DNA from: an uncultured Planctomycetales bacterium
Lineage (GTDB): Bacteria; Omnitrophota; Gorgyraeia; Zapsychrales; JANLHA01
Length of the DNA: 60,606 bases
NCBI GenBank assembly: GCA_964374105.1
Contig: CAYJXI010000009.1
Location: forward strand, 1-60,606
Direction: 5' to 3'
Shown here: positions 9,701 to 18,950 of the stretch, in pieces
Layout: every line of letters starts with the position of its first letter
Numbering within the stretch: position 1 is the stretch's first letter
Position numbers and translations under genes: made by a program
The notes under the pieces: generated by a model
What the model was told of the DNA's origin: nothing
Databases searched by the model: none
Seen by the model: only the letters and a program-made list of their open reading frames with translations

Positions 9701-9868
9701 ATGATGATCAAGGTAAAGAAAAAACTGAATAACCGAGGTCAAAACCTAATAGAATATGGCATCGTCGTGGCCGTAGTGGCTTCTGCCATGCTGGCGATGA
9801 GCACCTATGTATTTCGAGCGGTTCAGGCTTCTCATCAGATGATTCAAAAAGGATTCACCGAAGAATAG
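9701..9868 (+). CDS. flp: Flp-family pilin (55 aa, below the ORF-track size cutoff)
   Basis: MMIKVKKKLNNRGQNLIEYGIVVAVVASAMLAMSTYVF...: basic leader, G/Q cleavage-type motif, EY, hydrophobic helix. Stop TAG at 9866-9868. Confidence 0.75.
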   Translation: MMIKVKKKLNNRGQNLIEYGIVVAVVASAMLAMSTYVFRAVQASHQMIQKGFTEE

Positions 9869-9926
9869 GTGTTTGAACCAAACCCACACCTAGGTATTAG
9901 ACTTTTTTAAGGAGGAGGATTATATA

Positions 9927-10130
9927 ATGGTTAAATTCAAAAATAGAAAAAAGAAAGGGCAAAGTACCCTAGAATACATTCTATTATTAGCCGGCGTTGT
10001 TGCCATCATGATTATCTTCTTAAATCCTACAACCGGGCTTTTCAGTCAGGCTTATAATAGAACCTTGCAATCCAGTACAAATGGTATGGAATTTATGGGT
10101 GCAAGGATAGCTCAGACTAATAGGTATTAG
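9927..10130 (+). CDS. flp: Flp-family pilin
   Basis: 67 aa. KKKGQSTLEYILLLAGVVAIMIIF class-III signal/Flp motif. RBS AGGAGGAGG upstream. Confidence 0.75.
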   Translation: MVKFKNRKKKGQSTLEYILLLAGVVAIMIIFLNPTTGLFSQAYNRTLQSSTNGMEFMGARIAQTNRY

Positions 10131-10174
10131 AAAAAAGCAATACTTATCTTACCAAGTTTACGGAGGTGCAACAA

Positions 10175-10537
10175 ATGTTTAGAAAATTAATAAAAAATAA
10201 AAAAGCACAACAAACCGCTGAATATGCGTTATTAATCTCACTCGTTGTGGCAGCGATCATCGCGATGCAGACCTTCGCCCAACGAACTATTCAGGCGAGA
10301 ATCCGTGATGCCAGTGGTTACTTGGCCAAGCAAACCAGCGCGATGGGACAAACCAATCAATACGAACCATATTATCTAAAGTCCCAATATGAAATCTTCC
10401 GTGATGATTCTACCACTGAGGTTTTGGGTAACGCTGGGGCATTTAGAATGGATCTTGTGTCCAATAGGACTCGTTGGAATGGTGGTTTTGAATCAAAGTC
10501 ATATGATACTACTTTAGGGGTCATTAATGGTCTATAA
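10175..10537 (+). CDS. Flp/TadE-like pilin paralog (long form)
   Basis: ATG 10175 lies 8 nt after GGAGG (10162-10166); the track starts at GTG 10166. KKAQQTAEYALLISLVVAAIIAM. Shares R.RDA..Y and YEPYY.K blocks with the 11231 ORF. Confidence 0.7.
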   Translation: MFRKLIKNKKAQQTAEYALLISLVVAAIIAMQTFAQRTIQARIRDASGYLAKQTSAMGQTNQYEPYYLKSQYEIFRDDSTTEVLGNAGAFRMDLVSNRTRWNGGFESKSYDTTLGVINGL

Positions 10538-10586
10538 TCAACATTGGTTAGTCCTAAGGTAAGTTAATTATAAGGAGGAAATTTCA

Positions 10587-10919
10587 ATGTTTAAATTCCT
10601 AAGAAAGATGAAAGGGCAAAGTACCTTAGAGTACGCTGTTTTGATCGTCATTGTTATTGGTGCTCTTTTGTCCATACAAGTTTACATCAAGCGCGGTATA
10701 TCCGGGCGATTGAAACAGGCAGCCGATGATATCGGCGATCAATTTTCGACGGGTAACACCAATGTGCGAACGGTTACCATTGTCACGGGTAACACCCGAG
10801 AAAAATTCGGGATCGATGGCATTGGTGTTTCCAATACACAGATGTTGATGGATGAAGTTACTGATACCAAAACCAACTGGGAGATTCTCAACGCGGAATT
10901 TGAGTACTGGGGCAAATAA
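10587..10919 (+). CDS. Flp/TadE-like pilin paralog
   Basis: 110 aa. MKGQSTLEYAVLIVIVIGALLSI, then KRGISGRLKQAADDIGDQF shared with the 12224 and 18951 ORFs. RBS AAGGAGGA upstream. Confidence 0.7.
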   Translation: MFKFLRKMKGQSTLEYAVLIVIVIGALLSIQVYIKRGISGRLKQAADDIGDQFSTGNTNVRTVTIVTGNTREKFGIDGIGVSNTQMLMDEVTDTKTNWEILNAEFEYWGK

Positions 10920-10944
10920 CGTTCATCGATCAAATTGGCTAGTT

Positions 10945-10990
10945 AAACATGGCTTACTTGGGGGAAACTTCGGGTAAGCCATGTTTTGTT
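10945..10990 (+). terminator. intrinsic terminator after the 10587 pilin gene
   Basis: 13-bp perfect stem AAACATGGCTTAC (10945-10957) pairs with GTAAGCCATGTTT (10973-10985), followed by a T-rich tail (TGTT). Confidence 0.5.
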
Positions 10991-11230
10991 ATCTGCAGTA
11001 GAAACTACGCCCATAAGGGTGTAGAGTGAAAGATTTCCGCTATTGAACATAACAGTGAAATAGCGGACAAGCGAAGCTGGAATTTTAAATAAATGCTACG
11101 GCCGTGAGGCCGTAGATATTTACTTGGGTTAATTAAAATATTTGTTTTTTCTTATTCAAAAATAGATAGAATAGAAGTTAAAAGTAAGCAAGGAGTAATA
11201 GAGCGCCTCTTTTCAGGGAAAAAAGTAAGC

Positions 11231-11635
11231 ATGTTTAGGATTTTAAAAAATAACAAAGGGCAGGGCATCGCCGTTCAATACGTATTGACCTTTTTCCTTG
11301 TGATCGGAGTGGTTTCCGCCATGAGTGTTTATTTTCGCCGGGCGCTGCTGAGTCGAATTCGAGACGCCAGAAATTACATGGTGAGAACGGTCGATGAGGT
11401 TTATTCCGGGAACCTTTATTTAGAATACGAACCGTATTATGTTAAAACTGAGCAGACTCGTTATACCGATCGAACCGATACGCGTTCCCTCATGGGGAGT
11501 TTACCAGCCAGCTCAGGGATTTTTCAATATGATATAGATCTGACAACGATTACGCTGACAAATTCTGTTCAAACTCCTCCTAAGGAGGCAGACTTAGAGT
11601 TTATTGGAGTGATCCCTAGGGGAATGCCCCCTTAG
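11231..11635 (+). CDS. Flp/TadE-like pilin paralog (long form)
   Basis: 134 aa. NNKGQGIAVQYVLTFFLVIGVVSAM. Paralog of the 10175 ORF. Confidence 0.65.
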   Translation: MFRILKNNKGQGIAVQYVLTFFLVIGVVSAMSVYFRRALLSRIRDARNYMVRTVDEVYSGNLYLEYEPYYVKTEQTRYTDRTDTRSLMGSLPASSGIFQYDIDLTTITLTNSVQTPPKEADLEFIGVIPRGMPP

Positions 11636-11693
11636 GATACTTAGAATTTGCCAAGGGCTAAAAGTAAATAAAATTTATAATGGTAAGGCAAAC

Positions 11694-12044
11694 GTGGGGA
11701 AGAAAAATTTTATAAATAAAAGAAAGAAGAAAGAGGCTCAGACAATTGTGGAGTATACTGTTATTCTGGGCGTTATTGTGACTTTGTTGGTAGCGGCGTC
11801 TCCTCTTCTTAAGCGCAGTATTCAGGGCATGGTTCGTTTGGTGGCGGATCAAGTCGGCAATCAACAGAATGCGGAACAACCAGGGGGCGAGGCCGGCCAT
11901 TTGGTTGATTCCTACACTATTACTAGAGTTGATACTGATAAGAGAACCATTGAATCTTTGGGGTCGACAAATTTTATTTATGATGATAGGGTAAGGGCAG
12001 ATACCACGTTATTGTCGAACCAGGGTTTTACTGAGAGGAATTAA
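11694..12044 (+). CDS. Flp/TadE-like pilin paralog
   Basis: 116 aa, GTG start (uncertain). KKKEAQTIVEYTVILGVIVTLLVAA. Confidence 0.6.
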   Translation: MGKKNFINKRKKKEAQTIVEYTVILGVIVTLLVAASPLLKRSIQGMVRLVADQVGNQQNAEQPGGEAGHLVDSYTITRVDTDKRTIESLGSTNFIYDDRVRADTTLLSNQGFTERN

Positions 12045-12055
12045 TGACTCATTCG

Positions 12056-12107
12056 GGGCGCGCCATGCTCCGCTTTGAAGGAGCGGGGGGGTCAAAGGCG
12101 CCCTTTT
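12056..12107 (+). terminator. possible intrinsic terminator
   Basis: Outer stem GGGCGC (12056-12061) pairs with GCGCCC (12098-12103). Inner GCTCC/GGAGC stem, followed by TTTT. Confidence 0.3.
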
Positions 12108-12223
12108 AGAGTCACCTTAAGCCAAGCCCCAGAGCCAAAAGTGGGATAGTCGAAGGGTGACAAATTCATGGCATCACATTACGATTTTTTGCGGTTAGTT
12201 AATAACGAGGTGATAAAAAGAAA

Positions 12224-12532
12224 ATGTTAAGAAAGAAAGGGCAGGGCACTTTAGAATATGTCATCCTCTTGATTATTGTCATGGGGGCCTTTTTGGGGAT
12301 GGCGAATTATTTTAAACGCGCTGTCTCAGGACGATGGAAAGGGGCCGTAGATGATCTGGGAGATCAGTACGATCCACGATTGACAAATACGGATATTAGT
12401 CATCGCTTATCCTTGAATTCTCAAGTTCGCGTTACGACCGTAGATGATGCCACAGGATTTTGGACCATGCGCACCGATGTATCGAATTCCATTGAAACAA
12501 AAACAGGATCATCGCGCATTGGGGCATTCTGA
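12224..12532 (+). CDS. Flp/TadE-like pilin paralog
   Basis: 102 aa. KKGQGTLEYVILLIIVMGAFLGM, then KRAVSGRWKGAVDDLGDQYDPR. Confidence 0.7.
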   Translation: MLRKKGQGTLEYVILLIIVMGAFLGMANYFKRAVSGRWKGAVDDLGDQYDPRLTNTDISHRLSLNSQVRVTTVDDATGFWTMRTDVSNSIETKTGSSRIGAF

Positions 12533-12621
12533 AAGCTATCAGTCGTCAGCTTTCAGAATAGCTCAAAAATTGATCTGATAACTGCAGGCTTAAGGGCTGA
12601 CAGCTTATGAGGTGATTTGGA

Positions 12622-14235
12622 ATGCGGAAACATTTTTTGTTTAAGGATCAAAAGACGGCGCAAACGGCCTCGGAATTGGCGATTTTCGGTGGGGTTTTGC
12701 TTTTTGTCATTGGCAGTATCATCCGAACGGGCATGAATTCCAGCCAGGCCATGAATCAGCAACTGCGGGCTATGCGGCTGGCCATGACCGAATCTTATCG
12801 AACCGCGGAGGGAGCGTATAGACCTGGCAGAGAAGAATCCGGAGCGAGAAATACGGCTACCATTTTTATCTTGGAAGATCGCCTCACTGCGGATCCGCAT
12901 AGCAAATACACCGACAGAGACCGCATTCCTTTCATCGGCAACGGTTCAGCCACCTTCAGTAAAAATCTTTTCTTACCGATTGACTTCGGAGAAGTCCATA
13001 ATCTTCCCATCTATGATATTTTTGTTAATGGCCAGCGGTTTCCCTTTATAACCAGCAATTTTAAGAGTGTAACGCTCAATCAAAATAATTTCTCTCCGTG
13101 CGATCCCCCTATGGGGGCTTCCACAGGGAGGCCTTCCCCAACGGGGATTGTCACAAATGGGGCCTGTTGGGAGCCCAGTTGCTTTACCGAAACGGTGCAA
13201 ATAGGAATTGATCCTAATACCGGCTTACCCATTACCATAGAGGTAGTGCGGGGATGCGTCATTATGTTTACGGTTGTTGGGAATTTTAATAACAGCACAG
13301 AGTGGTGCGTTGGTGGCTGCACTACAAATATGTCCGCGGATAATCGATTCAATTTGGACTTTGTGGGCGGGCCGGATGTAGCTACCACGCTAAGGACAAG
13401 CTTCATGTGGCAATGGGTGAAGGTGGCGGGTGTGCGCAATGATGTCCGAGCGAAACTCATTCCTCCCGTTGAAGCGGGGGTCCAAGGCATCGATATCGAT
13501 GGTCGAATCAATACCCTGATTGATGTAGACGGGGATTATAAAGAAGAAGCGATTTTAAGTCTCAGCAGTGCGCCCAACGGACAGATAACCCAGCTGAATG
13601 TGATGGATAATCAGGAAGGGGATATGAATTTTACCACTGATGATCGCGATAGCGGGGAATGGGTCATCGTCAGCAACCGATGCGATGTATCTGATCCTCT
13701 TTGTGTATGTCCCACCAGTCCTACTGGTCCATGCCAACAGACAGTAGGAGGCCTTCCTAACGAAAGAGATGGCCGAAATTTGACCGGGGGGTGTGCCACC
13801 TGGAGATGTGTGGCAATAGAGTTGGGCGTTCAAAGCGATATGATGATGTTTTCCTTTACCTCGGCAAATCCAACCGCAGGTCAACCAGGTCGGCAAGGGA
13901 CATTTTTTAGAATTGAAGAAGGAAAATTGTTTAATCTCAGCACCGGACAATTTATCCGACACGTCAACCGTCAGGATCACGTTGATATTATTCAACGAGT
14001 GATGAGAATAAGCAGGGATACTGACCGTTTCTGCAATAGTAGTGGGGCACCCACCAACTGGGCCGGTATTGACGGGCTCCTTGGGCTTACCAATCCGGTG
14101 GAGGCGTGCAATAATTGTTTTTCTCCGGCTAATATCGAGAGAACTTGTATGGATGAGGATGAGTTAAGAATTTTTATAAGAAGCAGACTCCGGGACTTGC
14201 GTGGACGAAGATGGGTTACCCGTGTGGATCCATAG
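12622..14235 (+). CDS. large Cys-rich TadE-like pseudopilin
   Basis: 537 aa. N-terminal KTAQTASELAIFGGVLLFVIGSII (TadE-type), followed by a large Cys-rich, Gly/Asn/Thr-rich ectodomain. Confidence 0.7.
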   Translation: MRKHFLFKDQKTAQTASELAIFGGVLLFVIGSIIRTGMNSSQAMNQQLRAMRLAMTESYRTAEGAYRPGREESGARNTATIFILEDRLTADPHSKYTDRDRIPFIGNGSATFSKNLFLPIDFGEVHNLPIYDIFVNGQRFPFITSNFKSVTLNQNNFSPCDPPMGASTGRPSPTGIVTNGACWEPSCFTETVQIGIDPNTGLPITIEVVRGCVIMFTVVGNFNNSTEWCVGGCTTNMSADNRFNLDFVGGPDVATTLRTSFMWQWVKVAGVRNDVRAKLIPPVEAGVQGIDIDGRINTLIDVDGDYKEEAILSLSSAPNGQITQLNVMDNQEGDMNFTTDDRDSGEWVIVSNRCDVSDPLCVCPTSPTGPCQQTVGGLPNERDGRNLTGGCATWRCVAIELGVQSDMMMFSFTSANPTAGQPGRQGTFFRIEEGKLFNLSTGQFIRHVNRQDHVDIIQRVMRISRDTDRFCNSSGAPTNWAGIDGLLGLTNPVEACNNCFSPANIERTCMDEDELRIFIRSRLRDLRGRRWVTRVDP

Positions 14236-14241
14236 GGGCAA

Positions 14242-14262
14242 AACAAACACCCGGTGTTTGTT
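14242..14262. repeat. REP-like hairpin, single unit
   Basis: AACAAACAC-CCG-GTGTTTGTT: 9-bp stem with the same CACCCGGTGTTTGT core as the three doublets. Confidence 0.6.
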
Positions 14263-14278
14263 CGTGGGTGTGGGGAAA

Positions 14279-14593
14279 ATGGAAAATCGAAAATTGAAAA
14301 GAGAAAAAGGATGGTTTAAAAAAGGGAAATCGGGAAAGCCACTTTTTTGGGGCCAGGTCACAATTGAGTTTACGGTCACTATGGTATTTACTGTTTTGCT
14401 TATCTTAGGGATGATCAGGATTTTTGCCTGGACAGGGAGGGAGCTTGTGGAGCGTCGTAAGGCCCATGAATTGATTTTAACGCAACCGATTTGCGGGAGC
14501 TCTTCCTGCCCGTTAAGTCAGATCCGTCCGACATTTTTCCGCGGTGCTTCATTTAATGCCGCGGTCAGCAGTAATATATTTGGGACGAATTAA
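14279..14593 (+). CDS. TadE-like pseudopilin
   Basis: 104 aa from ATG 14279. The track start GTG 14201 would overlap the upstream gene and the hairpin. GKPLFWGQVTIEFTVTMVFTVLLILGMI. Confidence 0.6.
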   Translation: MENRKLKREKGWFKKGKSGKPLFWGQVTIEFTVTMVFTVLLILGMIRIFAWTGRELVERRKAHELILTQPICGSSSCPLSQIRPTFFRGASFNAAVSSNIFGTN

Positions 14594-14606
14594 TACAGTG
14601 AGGAAG

Positions 14607-14646
14607 CACACACCCGGTGTCTGTTTTAACAAACACCGGGTGTGTG
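14607..14646. repeat. REPIN-like inverted doublet hairpin
   Basis: CACACACCCGGTGTCTGTT-TT-AACAAACACCGGGTGTGTG: 19-bp stem with one mismatch. Confidence 0.65.
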
Positions 14647-14692
14647 GTGAAGATGTCAATAAAACAGCTCAATAAAGAGGAGTTTTGAAAAT

Positions 14693-17600
14693 TTGTTTAG
14701 ATTTCTTAACAAAATTTTTAAGATTTTAGGCAAAAGAAAAGACGCCTTGCAGGACCCAAAATCATCTCCTACGAGAAACCTTAAGCTCGGCCAAGTAGCC
14801 GTTATTATCATTTTGGTTTCGGCCTTAGGGCTCATCTTTCTTGCCATCGTCATGAATTTCGGGAGGATTTCCCAAGTCAAAACCTTGACGATGATAGCGG
14901 CCAATTCTTCCGCCAGCCAGATGGCCTCCTTCTTTGCCAGTTATGGCGAGCAGCTATACCAACAAACCTTGGGTGGACACAGAAAAATCTGTGCCTTAAC
15001 CGGAGTTCTGATTACTATCATTACTGTCGTTATCGTTGTTATTATCGTCATTGTCTTTATTATCTTTGTCATCACGACCGCCGGGGCGGGGTTAACAACG
15101 ACACAGCTTTGGGTCATTGCGATCATAGCGGTGGTAGGGGTCGCTGCGGCCGTTACCGCTTTGTCCCTGCAATTAGCCGTGGTGCAACCAGGCATCACTT
15201 CCATGTGGAATAAGATGATGGCAGCCTCCCTGTCTATTACCGATCAGTTTGTCGAACAGGGAATCCAATCGGGTCTTAGAGCCTCTGTCACCGACCGGGT
15301 GGAAATACCCGACTTTTATGACATTGATACGGATGGGCTATATGATGATAGACTCCCGCTTACTGTTAGGTCCGAGGCTGATTTTAATCTTGCGGAAGAT
15401 ACGGTTTCCCGTTTTGGTTTTTATAATAATGAACGAATTAGAAGAGTACGTCCTTCCGATATTGTCCCTGTTCAGCAGTTTCGTAATGCCCTAGAGGATT
15501 TTTTGTATCCCTTCATTGGCGACACCTTTGGGCTATACGATCCCTTGCGTTGTCAGAATTTTGTGCCGGGTGGTCATTCCTGTTGTCCTCTGGATCGAGT
15601 CACTAATCCAAATTTTCCTGCCCTGTGCGATGTCTGTTGCCAACAGCAGTTTTTGACGGATCGAAGCGGTGCTATTTTGACTGATACAGATGGAAATCCT
15701 ATCCGTATTCGGCCAGAATGTTGTGAGGCGGGCAGCCCTGCCAGGTGCGGTAATCCTGATACATGCGACGACAGGAGTTCTTACGATACCCCATATCCTT
15801 CTATTTATGATAAATTTTATGAAGATGCAAGTAATAACCCAAGAGGATCAAGAGTTTGCCCTTTTCTTAACCCTCTAACCGGCCTTCCTGATCCTTTAAG
15901 ATGCCTTTCCTTCCGGGAAAAATTAGGCCGGGATGATGAACACTACCAGTATCAGGTCAATATCTTAAATCCTAACTGGCATGTGGATATACCCGCTGGC
16001 GTACAATTGGCAAGGGGCCCTGTCCCTGTGCAGGCGGATCCGCTGGATCAAAAATTTTTCTTAGACGATACCACCGGTTATTATTCTGCCCCCGTATTCC
16101 CAGATGACGGCAATCCCCTTACCCATGATCAGGACGAGAAGTTGGGGATTTTCCCATTTTTCTACAAAATTGCCGATTGGGGATCACAACTTACAAGCCT
16201 CACATATACTAATGAGGAATGTCATTGGTGCGATCCGGCAGGTGATGGTGGGGTAGTACCGACTTGTCCTAGCCCTAACCCTTTGCCAAGGGAAATTCAG
16301 ACCCGGTTGACTCTTCCTGATATCCCAGGAATTCCAGGGGTTTCCCAATTTAACGGTGGTTTTTGTGTAGATAATACAAACTTGCCTATCTTGGTACTTC
16401 CCCCACTGTTCGCTAACCCACAACTGGCTGATCTTGTTCCTCTTCCCAATATTTTTGCTCCTGATAATCGATGCGCCTCCTCGGTCGATCCAGCGGGCGG
16501 CTGGAAAAGAGGAGCGGATCGATTTTGTACCAGTCCTATTCGAGCACCTTATCCTATCGCCTGTCCTAAGCACGGGACTACTTGCACCGAGCCGGATCCG
16601 GATTCGGCAACCGGGTTTATACCCGAAGATTGCCAATGCGGGCGAGGCAATGCCCTCCCTGCTGATCCTTATTGGCCGGAGGATAATTTGGACGATATCA
16701 TTTATGGCCTTACGGAATTTATCGAGTGGGCAGAAGCAATTGTGAGAACACCCCTAGAATCACTCACTCAAAATTTTGCAGAATGGTATGAGGAGGCGGC
16801 AGAATGGATTGAGCCTTCTTGCGTTGCTGACCCCCCAGGTTGCCCAGATCCCGCTCCTGAACCCGATGCCTGTAATTGTGACGGCAGTTTCACGGAGTTA
16901 GTTCGCGAAGGAGCCTTGCATATTTGGCGTAGAGAGATGGAAGGTTTTCGTGATCCCATTCTCAATTGGATCATTGATCAGGCCTTGCTTGCCGGCGGTG
17001 GCGGCAATCAATATGTAGGGGATGAATGCAATATTGATGACATCGCCGCAACGGGAGTTGATAATGATTCAGTCTGGTGTGTCCCGCCTGCCCGAGCGGG
17101 AGGTAATGAATACGGGATTAATGAATGCAATGGGGTGAATCATGAGGAAGCAGCTACCTTTGATTCTCAGCCGCCGGCAGTTTTTGGCGGCCCGGCAGGA
17201 AATGGAGTTCGAGGAGATTTAGAGGATGTCATGGCCTGTCTTCGTTGGAATGTGCAAGACACAACCCGGGGGCTTGCGCCCTTCGGCCAGCCCAATGCAG
17301 GTTATCCTACTGTTGTCACCGGGAATGCCGAAAAGTTTCAGCTCTGTGCCGATTATTGCAATGACATCAATTGTACGAATTACGGTTGTCTTAATGACCC
17401 AAATTGTTTTGGTGGCCTGTGGTCTCCTTCTGGTCTCCCTCGTTCTTTAGTTCCGGGAGTTCCTGATTATCAACCTAGTGCAGGAGACGATACGCTCTAT
17501 CAACACTGTATCATGTCTGAGACAATTCCCCGATGCAATATCCGTTGCAATGACGCTCTCTTGCCTGTTCCGGATCTGCCCTTACCTCCGCTTCCGCTCT

Positions 17601-18850
17601 GGGTTGCCCCTCCGGATATAGCCCAAATCGATAATCTTTACAATGTGATCCTGCCGGATTGTTTGGCAAATCCAGGGAATACCTGGCCCAATCAATGTGC
17701 TGGCGCGGCTACAACTATTGTTTGTAACAGCCCAACCTTATTGGCCGATCTTCATGCCTGTGCTTGTACTTTCAACACTGGAAGCTGTTCGGGCTGGTGC
17801 CCAGGCGGGGATACAACTTATTTGGATGCGGTTGTTGCGGCAAGTTTAATTGAACCGTCCACTTCCCCTGATTGCGATCCCCTCAATCCGCGAAGCTTAG
17901 TTTTTAGAACAGCCATGCTTGCCAGCGCTAACGAAGCGAGAAATCAAGTGGCGAAGTTCGAAAAGCGGCTGGAATTTTTACAAAATCGTTACCAAGAAGC
18001 AATGAATATTGTCGGGCCAACCGGGATTTTGACCGAGGGGATCAATGAATTCACGGCATTTTTGGATAATGGAACCGATTTTAATAATCCTGCTGCCACT
18101 CCTGTTTTTATTCCCGGACAGGACTCTCCCTCTGAGGCCCTGATACAGGCCAGGAAAGATCTGACTAATGCCGAGCCGTCTATACCATCGGTGGCGGTTT
18201 ATGCCTGGCGGGATCTGCCGCTAAAGACCCCTCGAACCGACCCTTTCAGCGGTACCCAAACCACCTTTGGGTATTGGCATATTGTCAAGGCAGAGGTGCG
18301 GATCCCTCGTCGCTGTAACAATGCCTGTGGGCTAGGAGGAACAGCAGATCCGGGATGGCCGAGAGTAAAAACATTTACCAAAAGCTGGGGGACCAAACGA
18401 TGTTATGAGTTAGACAATACCGAAGGCATGGTTAAGGCCCGGGTGATCCGCTGGGATGAAGATAAAGATCCCCGGCTTCTTACCTGGCCCAATGGAACGC
18501 CGATATGGAGTATCCGTTTATTCCATCCCGATGTAGGGAGAAGACGACCGGAGGACTTCACTGCGATCTGTGAGCCAGCCATCGATAATACTATCGAGGG
18601 AAGCACAACTGACCCTAACGATAGACCTTGGGGACATGCCTTTATGCTCAATAAGATACCCGATCTTACTTTGGTAGGGAATTGGTATACAGATTGTTGG
18701 AAAGCTGTACATGAAGTTCTGAAGAGTGGAGTGGTCTCAGATACGTGTGCCGAGTACTATTTTGGCTTAGGAGATGCGACCTTGGGCCGGCGAGGTTTTC
18801 GTCTGAAATTTGTTCCCTGCGACGCGAGGTTTTTAGATGGAGATATTTAA
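14693..18850 (+). CDS. very large Cys-rich TadG-like pilus-associated protein
   Basis: 1385 aa, TTG start (uncertain). TadG-type N-terminus LGQVAVIIILVSALGLIFLAIVMNFGRISQ...IAANSSASQ. Two further strongly hydrophobic segments at ~14980-15200. Cys-dense ectodomain (HSCCPLD, CDVCCQQQ, PECCEAGSPARCGNPDTCDD). Confidence 0.75.
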   Translation: MFRFLNKIFKILGKRKDALQDPKSSPTRNLKLGQVAVIIILVSALGLIFLAIVMNFGRISQVKTLTMIAANSSASQMASFFASYGEQLYQQTLGGHRKICALTGVLITIITVVIVVIIVIVFIIFVITTAGAGLTTTQLWVIAIIAVVGVAAAVTALSLQLAVVQPGITSMWNKMMAASLSITDQFVEQGIQSGLRASVTDRVEIPDFYDIDTDGLYDDRLPLTVRSEADFNLAEDTVSRFGFYNNERIRRVRPSDIVPVQQFRNALEDFLYPFIGDTFGLYDPLRCQNFVPGGHSCCPLDRVTNPNFPALCDVCCQQQFLTDRSGAILTDTDGNPIRIRPECCEAGSPARCGNPDTCDDRSSYDTPYPSIYDKFYEDASNNPRGSRVCPFLNPLTGLPDPLRCLSFREKLGRDDEHYQYQVNILNPNWHVDIPAGVQLARGPVPVQADPLDQKFFLDDTTGYYSAPVFPDDGNPLTHDQDEKLGIFPFFYKIADWGSQLTSLTYTNEECHWCDPAGDGGVVPTCPSPNPLPREIQTRLTLPDIPGIPGVSQFNGGFCVDNTNLPILVLPPLFANPQLADLVPLPNIFAPDNRCASSVDPAGGWKRGADRFCTSPIRAPYPIACPKHGTTCTEPDPDSATGFIPEDCQCGRGNALPADPYWPEDNLDDIIYGLTEFIEWAEAIVRTPLESLTQNFAEWYEEAAEWIEPSCVADPPGCPDPAPEPDACNCDGSFTELVREGALHIWRREMEGFRDPILNWIIDQALLAGGGGNQYVGDECNIDDIAATGVDNDSVWCVPPARAGGNEYGINECNGVNHEEAATFDSQPPAVFGGPAGNGVRGDLEDVMACLRWNVQDTTRGLAPFGQPNAGYPTVVTGNAEKFQLCADYCNDINCTNYGCLNDPNCFGGLWSPSGLPRSLVPGVPDYQPSAGDDTLYQHCIMSETIPRCNIRCNDALLPVPDLPLPPLPLWVAPPDIAQIDNLYNVILPDCLANPGNTWPNQCAGAATTIVCNSPTLLADLHACACTFNTGSCSGWCPGGDTTYLDAVVAASLIEPSTSPDCDPLNPRSLVFRTAMLASANEARNQVAKFEKRLEFLQNRYQEAMNIVGPTGILTEGINEFTAFLDNGTDFNNPAATPVFIPGQDSPSEALIQARKDLTNAEPSIPSVAVYAWRDLPLKTPRTDPFSGTQTTFGYWHIVKAEVRIPRRCNNACGLGGTADPGWPRVKTFTKSWGTKRCYELDNTEGMVKARVIRWDEDKDPRLLTWPNGTPIWSIRLFHPDVGRRRPEDFTAICEPAIDNTIEGSTTDPNDRPWGHAFMLNKIPDLTLVGNWYTDCWKAVHEVLKSGVVSDTCAEYYFGLGDATLGRRGFRLKFVPCDARFLDGDI

Positions 18851-18887
18851 AAGACAGTAGGGGCACGGCATGCGGTGTCCCTAATAA

Positions 18888-18930
18888 ACACACACCCGGT
18901 GTTTGTCTTATACAAACACCGGGTGTGTGT
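18888..18930. repeat. REPIN-like inverted doublet hairpin
   Basis: ACACACACCCGGTGTTTGT-CTTAT-ACAAACACCGGGTGTGTGT: perfect 19-bp stem. Confidence 0.7.
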
Positions 18931-18950
18931 GGGATGTTATGAGGCAAGCA

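Noticed and set aside
14201-14278. Upstream extension of the 14279 ORF from GTG 14201.
   Set aside because: It would overlap the end of the preceding gene and read through the 14242-14262 hairpin. ATG 14279 gives a normal basic leader plus a TadE motif.
18666-18947. ORFs 18666-18947 (-), 18745-18942 (+) and the 18903 start of the next gene.
   Set aside because: They run across the 18888-18930 REPIN-like hairpin and overlap the end of the 1385-aa gene. ATG 18951 directly after the hairpin is the sensible start.
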